Shown: piece after piece, positions 26,604-38,925 of the stretch
How the letters are laid out: the number at the start of each line of letters is the position of its first letter
How positions within the stretch are numbered: the stretch's first letter is position 1
Source: Oikopleura dioica
Taxonomy: Eukaryota; Animalia; Chordata
NCBI GenBank assembly: GCA_907165135.1
Contig: OU015569.1
Location: 9,548,001-9,612,000, forward strand
Length of the DNA stretch: 64,000 bases
Direction: 5' to 3'
The notes under the pieces: model-generated
Seen by the model: only the letters and a program-made list of their open reading frames with translations
Told to the model about the DNA's origin: nothing
Databases searched by the model: none
Made by a program: the position numbers and the translations under genes

Positions 26604-28241
26604 CCCTGTCTCTAAATTTCACTCGACTTTATTTTCAAACTCAAAGGGCGGCTTTTGCACAGAAATCGATGCTCTCGGGGGAACCAAAGCTCCCCAGGGA
26701 GCCGAAAATTATGTGACGTGAAGAATTAGAAAATTCCTCACTTCGAAAATTACTGAAATTCAAAGTTGCAACTGGATCAAGTCTGGTCTGTGGATGGTCT
26801 CTGATTTCCTTTTCGCTATTTTTTTTCTGTTGCGTTTTCACGCCTCATGCTCAACAAATAAAAGACACAAAGACGATTCGGAGCACTTTCAAATATATTA
26901 TTGATATTTTAACTTGTTTTCGGTTTAAACGCGATTTCACCTTTTTCGTATTGAATTCTGACTCAGCAGGGCAGCAGGTGGATCACACTGTTAACGGGTA
27001 GCCAATTTACATTTTGTCAAAAAGTAATAGTAAGGTGCTAGTGATAGTTAATTTATAACTGATACGAGTCATATTAAAAGAATAATCGGTAAAGGACTCC
27101 TAATTCAAAATAGCTCAACTTTACGGTTAACGGGAATGCTTGAGGGAACAACTTAGGGCAGAGCATAGTACTGTACTTTTAACACACAGTATAATTCATA
27201 TATTGATACAGTCAGTTCTGGATAATACTTCGCGTCTAAGTTGGAAAAGTAAAAATGAACAGTTACTAGTAGTTCAGGACAGTTCAGTTGGTGGGAACTA
27301 AGGAGAAAAAAAAACACGCACAGTTCGCTCATTTTGAAAATTTTGAAAGCTAATTTCGAGTTTGAAAGCAGGCGAAAATAATAATAATGTTGAATAATAG
27401 TAAATACGCGAGAATAGGGACAGAGATTGAAAATCGCCAAAAAGGAAAACGGAAAACTGAAATAAACGACACGCCATTAATTCTTTTAAAGAAGAAATGG
27501 ACATTTTTATATAAAGGATAAGGGATTTATGGAGAGGAAAAGCAGTAAGCGGATCTAGGGCTAGGGGACCTTGCTATGAAATATAAACACAGGGCTACTT
27601 TTTAGCGGAGAAATCGCGAAAACTGCGCCCCAGTTAAAAAGCTTTCAAAAATCATTGACAGCAGAGCGGTCTTAACCCACCGCGAGCTCTGGGCTCCAGA
27701 ATAGGTTAAGGTCTGTCTGCGTGGACGATTGACGTCTATTCTTGGATAGCCTAAAAGAGCGCACACCCATTACCAAAAAAATCGTTGAGATAACAAAAAA
27801 CACCTTGTTTGCATTTGTAGGACGATTTCCGCGTTCAAAGGGGCAATAATTAATAACATTAAATATTATAGTTCAGGAACAAGTTTGAAATAGGAAATAT
27901 TGTTCAGTATCTTGATTGGCGAATTAGGGGCAAGGTTGGGAATATTTATATCGCTGGATATATACGTTGAGAATTTTCGGGTAGTGATGGACCTTTTCGA
28001 GTTGAAAAATTTTAAGAGCCAGATTCGTGGTTTTCAGGAATTGGTAAGGAAATTGACTAAAGAAAGGAGAGCGAGACACCTTTTCCGGTTTTTCAGGAAT
28101 GTCTGGTTCGTCGCTCTTGATTTGAGAACTAAATATTGTAATACTCGAATCCGTGATCCAAATGAATAATAAGTATTTGATGATTGGAAGCAACTAGGTG
28201 ATTCAGCATAAAATTCGACAAAGTAAAATAATTAACAACGA

Positions 28242-29828
28242 CTATTGCTGCCATCTAGCGGAGTTTGTCATCATTGAAAGAAAATTATAGACATTTTCGC
28301 CCAGGTCGACCATGGGATTCGTGGAGCTGCGCATCAAGATATCCTTGAATCCGCTCTGATCGCACGGATGTATAAACAATTAAGCATCTTACATACGTTG
28401 CCGGCAATTTTCGGTATCCTCGATCTCTAATTGCGCTGCTTCGAGCATGACATACGCGCTGCCGGTACACTTAGCGAGATACCTAGGTAAAAACGTAATT
28501 ATTTCAATTTTAATAGTTATACATCCGCTCCTTCAAATCTTTTAGGGAGCTGCGGAGGAGAAGGCCGGAGGTGGGTAGACTCGCGCTCAGCTCGGCGATG
28601 TACTTGTTGAACAGATTCCTGAAGCAACACTCAAGGCAGTGAAGAAGGTGGCGAGTTTGTACCTGACTCGATCGGGCTCGTCCAGGTGGACTATCTCCAC
28701 GCGATTCGGGTCGAACATTGAAATCGACATAAGAATGAGAGCCTGCTCCTCGCTGAAATTCAGCCGCTCTGAAAATAACAAAATAATCAAACGATAAGTT
28801 CATGAAAACTGTACCCATTTGGGAAAAGAAGTCGAAGAAACCGTTGACGAAAGTTTGATCGTTGGTACCGAGAAGGAGGGTCTCTCTGGAAATGATTTCG
28901 ACACCCTGGTCGGTGTAGAATCGCCCCTGTCGATAAGTGAAAAAGCACTAAAGAAACAGAATCAAAGCATTACAAGCGAACACAAAAAAATACCTTGACG
29001 ATCAAAATCTCCATGATCGAAGCTTGAAAAAGGGTCTTCTGGTCTTTCTCGCTCAGGGCGGTGTAGTCATCGTGGTTGGAAAAGTACTCCTGCATTGCTT
29101 GAAGCGACTGAAAGAGCGTTGCCGAAACCATATTCGGATTACGTTTACCTGAGCCATCATGTCGGAGAGGCACTCAATGATTCGGGCGCGGTGCTGGATG
29201 ATGCTTGGGCCGCCGTCTTCGTCGTCGGACGCGGTAGGGCTGCCATGAGGAGATCCTCGCTCAGAGACCGACTAAACGCTCAGAATTAGAACAATATCCG
29301 GAGATAGCCCCCGTTCGCGTCCCCGGGAGCCCGAGTGTTTATTTTTGGACAGAGAGTGACGAGGAAGAATGAAGATGACGTTGTCTCATCTGCGGTGAAT
29401 TTGATTGAACAAATGATTAATGATTAAATTAGAGCGGATTGCGAAAGAGAGCTAAAAATACTCCGAAATTCGCGCTTGAAGCTTCACGCGCGGAAGAAAA
29501 GAAAGAAAGAAAGTGACCTTGAGAAGCCACCTGTCAGCTTAGATACCTGACAGCATAGCACAATTAATAACAACGTTCAATTAATGCCTTTCTTGCGAGG
29601 GATTGCGCTGTTGGCATCGTATAAATCGCAAAAGCGTAAAAAACTCATAATTGTTGCTTTTGCGTAAAAATTGAAATAATAAAAAATAGGCGCGTTTCTC
29701 CCGCGCAAAGCTGCGCGTTTTAACTATCTCTGCGCCGTGCTAAATTGCCTCGCGAAATTGCGAAATACGCCCAAGCGAGCACAGAAACACAACGAAACAC
29801 TTACTGGTAACATATCGTCGTCGTCCAT
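28242..29828 (-). CDS. Nuclear receptor ligand-binding-domain protein (NR1-like signature), no DBD seen
   Basis: The LBD signature YFSNHDDYTALSEKDQKTLFQASIMEILIVK is followed by EQALILMSISMFDPNRVEI..EPDRV. The first exon MDDDDMLP has an in-frame TGA upstream. The 3' exons are approximate. Confidence 0.7.
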
Positions 29829-32469
29829 CACTTCGTTTCTAATTTTGCCTTTTTCGAAAACCTCTCTCAAGCGCTTCAGTCACTTGTTGCTATTCTGAGT
29901 TGCTCTCCGCGGGTTTCTATCGTTCTCTATCTCCGCCTCCTCTTTCGAAATGACTGTAACTAGCTTCTCATTCGATCAGTCTGAAAGTTAGGTATCTCTT
30001 AAGATCTTCTGTCCACTCTTCCAGAAAATATTACTGAAAAACCTAAATGAGAATCTACTTTTATCTTGGCGATAATTCTTATCTATAATCAAGCTATATA
30101 ACGATTGCGTTTCAAAATAAGAACGAGCTACTTTCAAAGTTACAGTAATTTTACGAAAATCAGTCTTCTTTTGCTCATTGACTCAGCGTCTCTTTCACCG
30201 AAAAATACTACTTTCGTCAATTGATAAATAAAAATATCTCTACTATAAAAACGACGACGGGAGTTGGTTAAACCACACAAGCGCCCTTCTACAAATTAGA
30301 CTCAACAATTTAGACTTTTGCCTTGTCTAGCCGCCACCTAAAAATCAAAGCCGGCGTCCCGGGGCATTCTCGAGCAGCACGCTCCACCACATCTCAAAAA
30401 TCATTGCTGCTTTTTACCCGGAAATTTCAGAATGGAAAAATATTTTGAAAGCTGGATACTTTCACTCGATTCTTGGAAATAATAAAAATAGAAATAATTT
30501 GACGAGAGGTGAGAAAGTCTTCGTAATGGTTTAAATATGATTCTCTTTCTTAAATTGGAGCAATAAAAACCAATGCTGTGTTGTAAGGGGGTGACCTTAG
30601 GGGCTGGGTAGGCCGCGTGATTTTGAAATGGATGAGCTCTAGCTACTAGTCACGAAGTCACAATTCCAACATAGACGCGCGCTGGTGAGCACACCACGGC
30701 CCAGCGCACGACTACCACTCAAAACTGACCCACAAGCCTAGCACGAAAGCAACACTAACCTCAGCCCTAATTCTAACCCAGGCTGGCCCTCAAACCCGAA
30801 ACGTTTCACTCTCCATCTCAAACGAGCTCATTTATTGTTACAAGCCGTTTTATTGGCGTTGGATTGGCCTCGAGTAAGTCGCTCCAAGTGAGGAAAAAGG
30901 AGTGTTTCTCGGGTCCGAATTTATTCAGTCAAATACCGTATTGCAACAATTAGCGAAGGTTGCTTTCAACTGACGACGAAGTTCAAGGGTGGCCTGAGAG
31001 GTCGCGTACCAGCCCGTCTCGCGCTTCGTTGTTCCCCTCGGCCAAAGCTAAACTTGAACCACCCTCAGCCACCACCGCGTAACCATAACGTAAAATCCAA
31101 AAAATGGAGCAGACTCGCTCGTGCCTCACAAACGAGAGTGATCACTTTCTTCGCAAAACAACATCTCTTTTCGAAATTAACTAAATAGTATTCGCAATAA
31201 AGATAAATCCGATGAAAAAATCTATTCCTTTCTTTTTTCGAAAAAAAACGAAATTCTCTTTCTTTTTTTATCATCTAAGCCGGATTTGATATATGGCGAT
31301 CCTACGATAAAAATTGTAGCACTATAAAAATGTGCTGATTTTTAGTGGCGGAGATTTTCAGTTACGAAATTTCATTTATCGGGTTATGTTGAGTCGATGT
31401 CAGGAAACAGACCCGCTCGGCTATTTGATCTTTCAATATTTGGCCCGGTGGAGTCCTCGTCTATTTAAGTCCAGTCTATCATCCTCATTCATTTAAAAAT
31501 ATCCACAGAATTGCGGGGTAGAGAGGCTGGGATTGAAAATTAACACTGGGAAATAAGTTGCTGAAAATAGCCATGTTTTGATCGTAGAAAATTGCGAGAA
31601 TCGGTCTGAATGCCGGTAAAGAAAGATCTTTTCGACGTCGTTAGCGTAAAGGGAAACTCCATCCTACCATGTCCCGTTCAAAATATCCAATCACGCCAAT
31701 CACATGTTCCTGTCGATTACGCGGTATAGGACTCTATTTAAAAAGATAAAAAAAGGGAGAGAGAAAAATATTATTTTCGAAAATTCAAAATAAAATGAAA
31801 TGTTGAAAATGGAATGAAAGGAAGAAAAGCGCCGGAAAATATGCGCCGGTCGGGAAGATAGAGCCTCATGTGTGGGAAGCGTCGACATTACTTAAGTTAT
31901 GATCAGAATTTCGAAATAAGAAGCCGGTGTCTCGGATGGAATGGAGGAAAGATTAAGTTTTATTCCACTTCGTATATATTGATTTGATTGCGGGCAAGAT
32001 ATGAAGGAAAGATGATGAGACAAGCTTTTGATTTTTGATTTCTTTCGGAAAACTGGATACGATTGCCCTCAATTTTCCGGGACTCTAACTTTCTAACTAA
32101 GCAAGTTACAGTTGAAGACCAATATACATTAGAAGGTCCTTGAAGAATGAGTTAAGAGTAATTGTTTCCCTTTTCCATGCATTAAATACAGATAATAATG
32201 ATAAGAGGAAAAATAGTTATGAAGGAAATAATAGTTGATCAGGAGAAAAATTGTTACAAGTTTTTATTTCTCGATGAATAAGGCTCATTTTAGTTTCAAA
32301 GATAGTATTAGGATTCTGATTGGATTGAGAAATACCACATCAACAATAATAATAGAGGGTTGAACTGTTTTGGCACGAAAGAATAAACAGGATAATAGTT
32401 GAAGAATAGATAGACTTGTTGAAGAGAGATGGCGGAGTTAAATAAAGCGAGTTCTGTCGGTTACTTCAC

Positions 32470-33919
32470 TCATGTCAAGTCCGGCTCCACAGCCGGCCCT
32501 GCTTGCAGCGCGGCGAGGTCCTCCGTCGACTCGTCCAGCCCAGGTACTTTGTTGAAGTCGAGAAACTCGTTCAAGTCGAAGTTGATCTCGTCCTCCACGG
32601 TGAAGTATTTCTCCTGAATAAAATAACATAAATCCCCTTGACTCCAAAATCTAGGCATTTCCAACTGATAAATTATCCATCAGTATTAACGATATTGATT
32701 ATTAGGGAGAACTCGAGTGAATTACCTGAATGACGTTGACTAAACTGCGAGTCCATGCATCCAATCTCGTACATTCCTCGTGTTTGTCCACTGACTTTTT
32801 CCTAGTTTTTCAAGATTTCAAGGCTTCGTCTCGTTTTTGAAAAAAAACCGGCCTTAGTATAGTCCCTGTAGTCGAGCTTCTTGACCGCATTTATGAGATT
32901 CGCGAGGAGCCAAGCTTCCCGAGTATCGGCAAAGGCGGGATAGTCTTCACTTTCAAAGGTAATATAAAACTGCCACATTAATATCAACGCGAATTAAGAA
33001 GATATAGAACCTTTCCAATATTTATTGAAACACTCATGCGCATGATTGCCATCTTGCCACAATTTGCAGAGACCAGCTCGGAAGTAATGATCTAAACGGA
33101 TTCGAGAAGGCGACTTCTTCGGTTCTTACTTTTGGCAGAGTACTTGAGCAGCTTCTCGTTCGCGCAATAGTTCGCTTCTAACTCGTAGACTTTGCCCGCT
33201 TCGAGGTATTTCTTGCCTGGAAGGACCATCAGATTCGCTCGTTCGATTGACACTCTCGACGCGCTGCTTCGTGCTTTTCTGAACTCTCATTTAACGATTC
33301 TCGTGGCTGCAAAAAGACCTTACCCGTCTTTTCGGAAGAGATCGAATGCCTTTGAGTAGAGCTTCTCAGCCATCTCGGCCGCTGTTTCGTCCTTGTCCCG
33401 CATGAACTTGCTCCTGTACGCGTCCGCTAGGCACTGTTTTGATTCTGCTATACTCGTCAACTTCTTTACCTATAGGAGTCAACTCTTTCGCCGCGCGCAC
33501 AAGTTTGTTCAGGTCCAAATAGAGCTCGCTAGCCTGCAAGCCTAGCCGCTCGGATTCCTGCACATTTGGGACACTTCTCCAGCTCTGACTTGCTTGCGAC
33601 AGATTCTAAACCAGAAAGATATCAATAAAATTAATATTTCTTCAAAAGGTATTTACCTGCACTTGTCCAAATCTGTCCTCGGCCGAGTGGTACGCCTCTG
33701 CGGCCAATTCGTACGTCCTAGCAGCTTCTTCGTACTTTTGCTTGATTTTGTACTTGGTGGCCGCTGCCGCGTACATTTCTGCCGCCTTGGAAATCTTCGC
33801 CGTCGGCGGCTTAGAGCGAAACTGGTTGAAAAACTTGGAAACGGAAGACGTCTCCTGTCCGAGTATGCCAGCAGCTTTCAAACTAGAAAACATCAATTAG
33901 GGAGATAATTGATCCCCAT
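32470..33919 (-). CDS. NAPA-like: Alpha-SNAP (NSF attachment protein)-like, divergent
   Basis: SKFFNQF..KISKAAEMYAAAATKYKIKQKYEEAARTYELAA, PAFADTREAWLLANLI, RLDAWTRSLV and a C-terminal DLT, compared with alpha-SNAP DLR. The start codon is uncertain. Confidence 0.75.
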
Positions 33920-33992
33920 CCTCGGATAAACTGTAAATGCGCGGCTAAATGCGGCTAATACTCTTTCGCCAGGGTTGAATCAGCAGCGATTA

Positions 33993-34247
33993 TTACTGTG
34001 CATTCCTGTACATCGCATCAATATTAATGCCGCATAAATAAATAATACGGGCTTACCATAATTCCTCAGGCGAATCTGAGTAGTTCTTTGACGGGTCTAT
34101 CGGCTCCGTCAGCGCGGCCAAGTTGCCAAGCTTCTCGCCGCGCTCGTGAAGTTTCTCGCGCTGGTCGAAGATCGACGAAGACGCCGCCGCGGCCTGCCCA
34201 TTGAGAGGAGCTTGTGGCCGCTGTGGCCCTTTCCGCTTATCCGACAT
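33993..34247 (-). CDS. Small protein or terminal exons with an R-SNARE-like motif (tomosyn/amisyn-like)
   Basis: MSDKRKGPQRPQAPLNGQAAAASSSIFDQREKLHERGEKLGNLAALTEPIDPSKNYSDSPEELW|NAQ*, with a GT-AG intron near 34007-34057. LHERGEKL is typical of R-SNARE helices. Confidence 0.5.
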
Positions 34248-35641
34248 TACATCGACTATTTCTCTGAATAACAAAACATTAAGAATTCTTGAGAAAACTC
34301 TTTTTTCTCTTTCTTCTGCGAGCTTCTCAATTTATCTAATTAAGTGGCAAAAGAGCGAAATCAAGAAGAATGAGTGCAAGGTTAGATTATTAATCATAGT
34401 GTATTTCCCTTGGGTAATATAGTATCTTATACTGTGATCATTAAATTAACACTCATTTCGCGCGACAGACTCGCCAAACATCCCTCCATTTTAGAAAAGC
34501 AAATTGAAATCAAGTAGAAACAGAAGCTCGTCACAAATTGACTCTTAAATAATCCATCTCGGAATAAATATTAATTTATTTATCACCTAATGAATTCAAG
34601 AACTTCTGTCAAGTTTATCTTTTTGTCAATAATTGCTTAATAATAAACTTTACTGAAAGACGGTAGCTGGCAAAAAGCTCAAGGCGTCAATTCTATCCAA
34701 ATAAATTTTACCGTTTCTCAGAAAGTTAGTTGTCTCTCTGATAAGCGTGAAAAGGATGCTCTGAGGTGTGTCCCGGTCAGTCTGCTAGGCTCTCGCCAGC
34801 GGGCAAGTCGTATTGATCCCATCTTTTCCCACGCACGCCACGAGCCCAGCTTGTCAATGACAAGTACTTTGCTCGATGTGTTATTTTGATACGTTGCTTT
34901 ATTAATGTTTCGATTTTAAGTTTCATTTTTTTCAAGGAGGAAATCAATTTATAATTATCGAAGAATAATTTGGGAGATAACTTTTCGAAATAGAATCAGA
35001 CAGATTTTCTTTTCGCTTCTTTTCTCTGGCTCAACATAGAAGGTTAGCTTCTCTGCGCGAATGTTTAAATTAAATAAATAAAATAAATTTGACCGAAGAG
35101 CATCTTCGCCGCAGAGCTTGCGGTCGGCTGCGAGAGAGAGGCGCTCATTGGCTCGAAAAGGTGGAAGAGCGCCCATCATAGAAATAGAACACTGGAAGAA
35201 TGGATTCAACGATAATTTTCAGTATGGATTCATCTTCCGAAGTTTTACTTCTTTCGCCAAAATAGAAAGTCTCTAGATATTGAGGTGTTTCCCAGGGTGT
35301 TTCCCACTTGCTGTTTTTCTTTTCTCACTTACTTCCTTCATGCAAACAAAAAGTTTCTAGAGCTCAAAGTGTTTCTCACCTTGTTTCTCAGCTAAGAAAC
35401 TTAAGCAAAACTGGGAATTTCTAGATGTCCTAGTGTTTCCCACTTTGTTTCTCAGGCAAGAAAACATCCCATTTCTTATTTTTAGGGCCTTATTTATCGA
35501 AAAATAGGTTTTTTGCAGCAGCATAAATCCAATAAAAATAGTTTATTAAAATTTATTTTGATCGTTGGTAATACCAACTTTGTATCAGAGGTAATAACAG
35601 CTTAAATAACTAAGTAATTGGTACAGAGTCTGTGGCACAGG

Positions 35642-36517
35642 TTAAAGTTTGGTTGGCTTCTTCGTCTTGCGGATGTTGTTGGGGGCTTTTCCTTGATTTG
35701 GCTTCTTCTTGCTTTTCTTGTTCTTCTTGTTCTTCGATTGCTTGTTGGTATCATCGGGTTCTACTTGGTCGATAGTCTGCAGTTTTTCGTTGTTTGCCTT
35801 TTGGAGAGCTTCTTTCACTGAAGTCGGAAGACCTTGTGTTTTCTTGGGTTTCTTTTGGTGATGAATCGTTGGACTCGACGTACGCTGGAGATGCTCGAGA
35901 ATATTTGAGTCTTCACAAAGATAATCGAGTGCGTCCACGAAATCTTGCGGGGTAAGAAGAAATTCATTGATGGCACTTTTAAAAAAACTTTTAAAGCACG
36001 GGCCAGGACCAGTGAAAAGAGCCTTGAACATCACTTTCCAAAACAGATCGTTTCCAAGTTCGAACGGTGTAGCAGTTGGATTTCTCATCCAGATTGCTTT
36101 TCTTTCATCGACGAGAAGCACAATTTTCCGGATCTGCAAATGGTCTTTTTTGCAGAAGACGTGAGAAGTTGCCTTGTAGTCGGGATTTTTCCAATGTGAT
36201 TCCTCCAATTTGATGAATTTTCCACCACAGACAGTCTGTAGCCAAAACATGGCTTCAAGGTATAGCGATTCAGGGAGACTGTTCGTAATAGTGCAATGGC
36301 ATGAGAGGTGAAGATGATATTGACCATTTTCCTGCGTAATTCGGAGTTGGGCATCAGGGTGTGGTTTAAGGTTTTCAAATTTCAACACTGTAATTTCTTT
36401 CATTTTTTGTTTTATGCTGTAATCGTAACTCGTCCAAGATTTTATACCAGTTCCGGAAGAGTGTCCAAAAGAGTGCGCTACGTGTGCGCTCAGCGGGAAA
36501 TCGCATGTATCCCCCAT
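35642..36517 (-). CDS. Intronless orphan ORF, 291 aa, Lys-rich C-terminus
   Basis: A long uninterrupted ATG-initiated ORF in a region where genes are otherwise split into short exons. No family recognised. Confidence 0.65.
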   Translation of the reverse strand: MGDTCDFPLSAHVAHSFGHSSGTGIKSWTSYDYSIKQKMKEITVLKFENLKPHPDAQLRITQENGQYHLHLSCHCTITNSLPESLYLEAMFWLQTVCGGKFIKLEESHWKNPDYKATSHVFCKKDHLQIRKIVLLVDERKAIWMRNPTATPFELGNDLFWKVMFKALFTGPGPCFKSFFKSAINEFLLTPQDFVDALDYLCEDSNILEHLQRTSSPTIHHQKKPKKTQGLPTSVKEALQKANNEKLQTIDQVEPDDTNKQSKNKKNKKSKKKPNQGKAPNNIRKTKKPTKL

Positions 36518-36966
36518 GGCGTGTGATTATCTTCGCGATCATATCTTACCGTCCCAAACGAGGCGTTTTTACTATAGCTAGCCGTCTGCATTGAACTCTC
36601 GAGGTCCTCGAGTCGAAGAAACCAGGCCATTTTTGGCAGAATGAAAGATCTTCAACTCTAATAATCTGTAATATCTAAGTTACAGTAAGTATTTTTTATC
36701 TAGATAATTATGTTGCTCCTTGTTTATTAATCTTGAATGATAACTTAATTGATTTTTGTAATATTATCTTTGAAGCAATTGCCACCGTCTCAGCTGGGTG
36801 ATTTGTGCTTTCTGAAGCGATGAAAAAATTTGGTGGTGGTGCGGCCTCGAGCTATTGCTGGAGTATTCACTATTCTACGCCAGCATCGTTCGAACAAAAC
36901 TAAGACGACTTCACTCCTTCGCCTAGACGCATTTTTAACAAGAGGGTTTCAAGAGAAGAAGAGAAT

Positions 36967-37919
36967 ATGGGAAGTCCGGGAATGCAGCTGGCAGGCTTCA
37001 TCCTCGGCACCCTCGGAGGTAAAAATACCTGTAAAAACTCGTATCAAGGCTCAAAAAGTGTATCAAACAAAAGAAAAAAGCCGTTAAAATATTTGAAATT
37101 AGGTTGCGGAACTTTGATTACGTGCGTAATGCCAGAATGGCGACGACAGGATATGGCTGGTGAAGTTATCGAGATGCAAATTCGAAAGCAGGGAATCTGG
37201 TGGAACTGTATGTACTTCTCTACTGGTCAAGTAAGCGCTATTTCCGATTCAAACTTTTCAAACTTGCTCATAGTGGCATTGCGACGACTTCGACAGGATT
37301 ATCGTTGGTCTACCTCCAGAGCTCCAAGCGGCTCGGGCGTTGATGGTTCTCTCTTGCATTCTCGCCTTTGGCGGTTATTTCATCGGAAACATGTCGCTCA
37401 GCTGCACGACATTCATGTCTGATAATCCAACAGGCAAGAAGAGACTCTGCATTACCTCGGCGCTTCTACTTGGCCTATCTGCTCTCATGACTGGCGTATC
37501 TGTTTCGTTTTACGCAGCGATCGTTGTTCAAGACTTCTATCTTTCTGGAGGAATGGCAGCTACTGGCCTCAGTTCTAGAGGAGGCATGGGTGGAGGAATC
37601 GGCAATGTTGGCGGCAGATATGTCTACGGAACAGGAACGAGTCTCAGAAATAAGAATAACATTTTACCTCTCTAAATATTTCAATAACAAAAATTTGTAT
37701 TGTAAATTACTTCTCAACTCGTCAAAAGCTCTTTTCTTCGGTTGGGCGTCGATGGGACTTGGTCTCTTAGGCTGCGTTCTACAGATCATGGGATCGCGTG
37801 GAATGGACGAAGACGACGACGAGTATGAAGATAGCGGCCGAAATTTCATGGCCCAAAATAACGCTTACAACAATCCAGCATTCGCTACAAAAGGCCGAAC
37901 TGGCACCGAATACATCTAA
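36967..37919 (+). CDS. CLDN: Claudin
   Basis: Four TM segments, W..GIWWNC..(G)QWHC in extracellular loop 1, LQAARALM, ALFFGWAS and a PDZ-type tail EYI. It contains a GA-AG intron at 37635-37728. Confidence 0.93.
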
Positions 37920-38039
37920 CTCACTCTTATAACAGTTGAAACTCCTCGTTTGTAGTACATTCCCTATTCGAAATATTTGACCTCAATCCTGCATGTCCTG
38001 ATGAATAAACAAAACAGACCCTCGTAATTTTTGTCCCAT

Positions 38040-38850
38040 TTATTGATTGAATCCCAAATTGTCGAAAAATAATAAATAAGTCAAATAAAAAGAAAATCCA
38101 AAGTTCCCACTTTTGCCTTCCGGAGAATCGTCTTCTTCAGACGTGAAGAAGCTTTTCGACGGAGGAATCGTTCTCGAGCTCCAGGTGAGTACCCATTTGA
38201 GCGATCGAGCACTGGTGGCAGAAGAATGTGAGCAAGCAGCTGTGGCAGCAGTTGTTGAATCCACGGAGCTTGTCGAATCGGCGTCGAAGGCAGCACTAAA
38301 CTTGATAAGACTCACTTCATCTAATGGGAAGCTTACCATCATGATGAGCCAGATAAAAGTGAAGATGCAGGCAATCAAACCGATAGACAAGCTCATGATA
38401 GCGAGGTACCATTCTTCCTGCTCGATGGGAACAATGTTGACATCATCGGTGGTTGGCAAAGCAGTAGATGTTTCGATAACCTAATCAAGCTTTACTTGTC
38501 GCCTTGTTGAAAAGGTGTACCTCGGCAAGTTTGCCTTGGTAGATCAAGGAGATCGAGTGGCCGATGGCAGACAACGTGAGGAGCGTGATTCCAAGAAGAA
38601 GGTACTTGAGAGGTCGATTCACTTCCATTCGACGGGCAAGGAAGCAGGAAGCGATCGGGGATGGCAACTAGAACAATTTTTTTGCGAGAATAGTTAGATT
38701 TTGACTTACGCAGAACCACTTGCACCAGGTCTCCGATCGTGCCTGCCAAAGTCCTTTGAGGATGGAGCGTCGCTTCTCCATCAGCTCGTCGAGGTTATTA
38801 ACCGAGTTCGAGCAGGTGGAGGGACACTGAGTCAAAGGAGCCTTTTCCAT
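38040..38850 (-). CDS. Uncharacterised small two-TM membrane protein
   Basis: In-frame GT-AG joined exons: MEKAPLTQCP..KWFC|LPSPIASC..YLLLGITLLTLSAIGHSISLIY..|VIETST..WYLAIMSLSIGLIACIFTFIWLIMM. The 3' end is approximate. Confidence 0.6.
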
Positions 38851-38925
38851 TTCTAAAACTAGGCAACTTTAACTTTTAGTCTGACGATCTGAATCATAAG
38901 AATAGGATTGAAGAGGTATTCAAAG

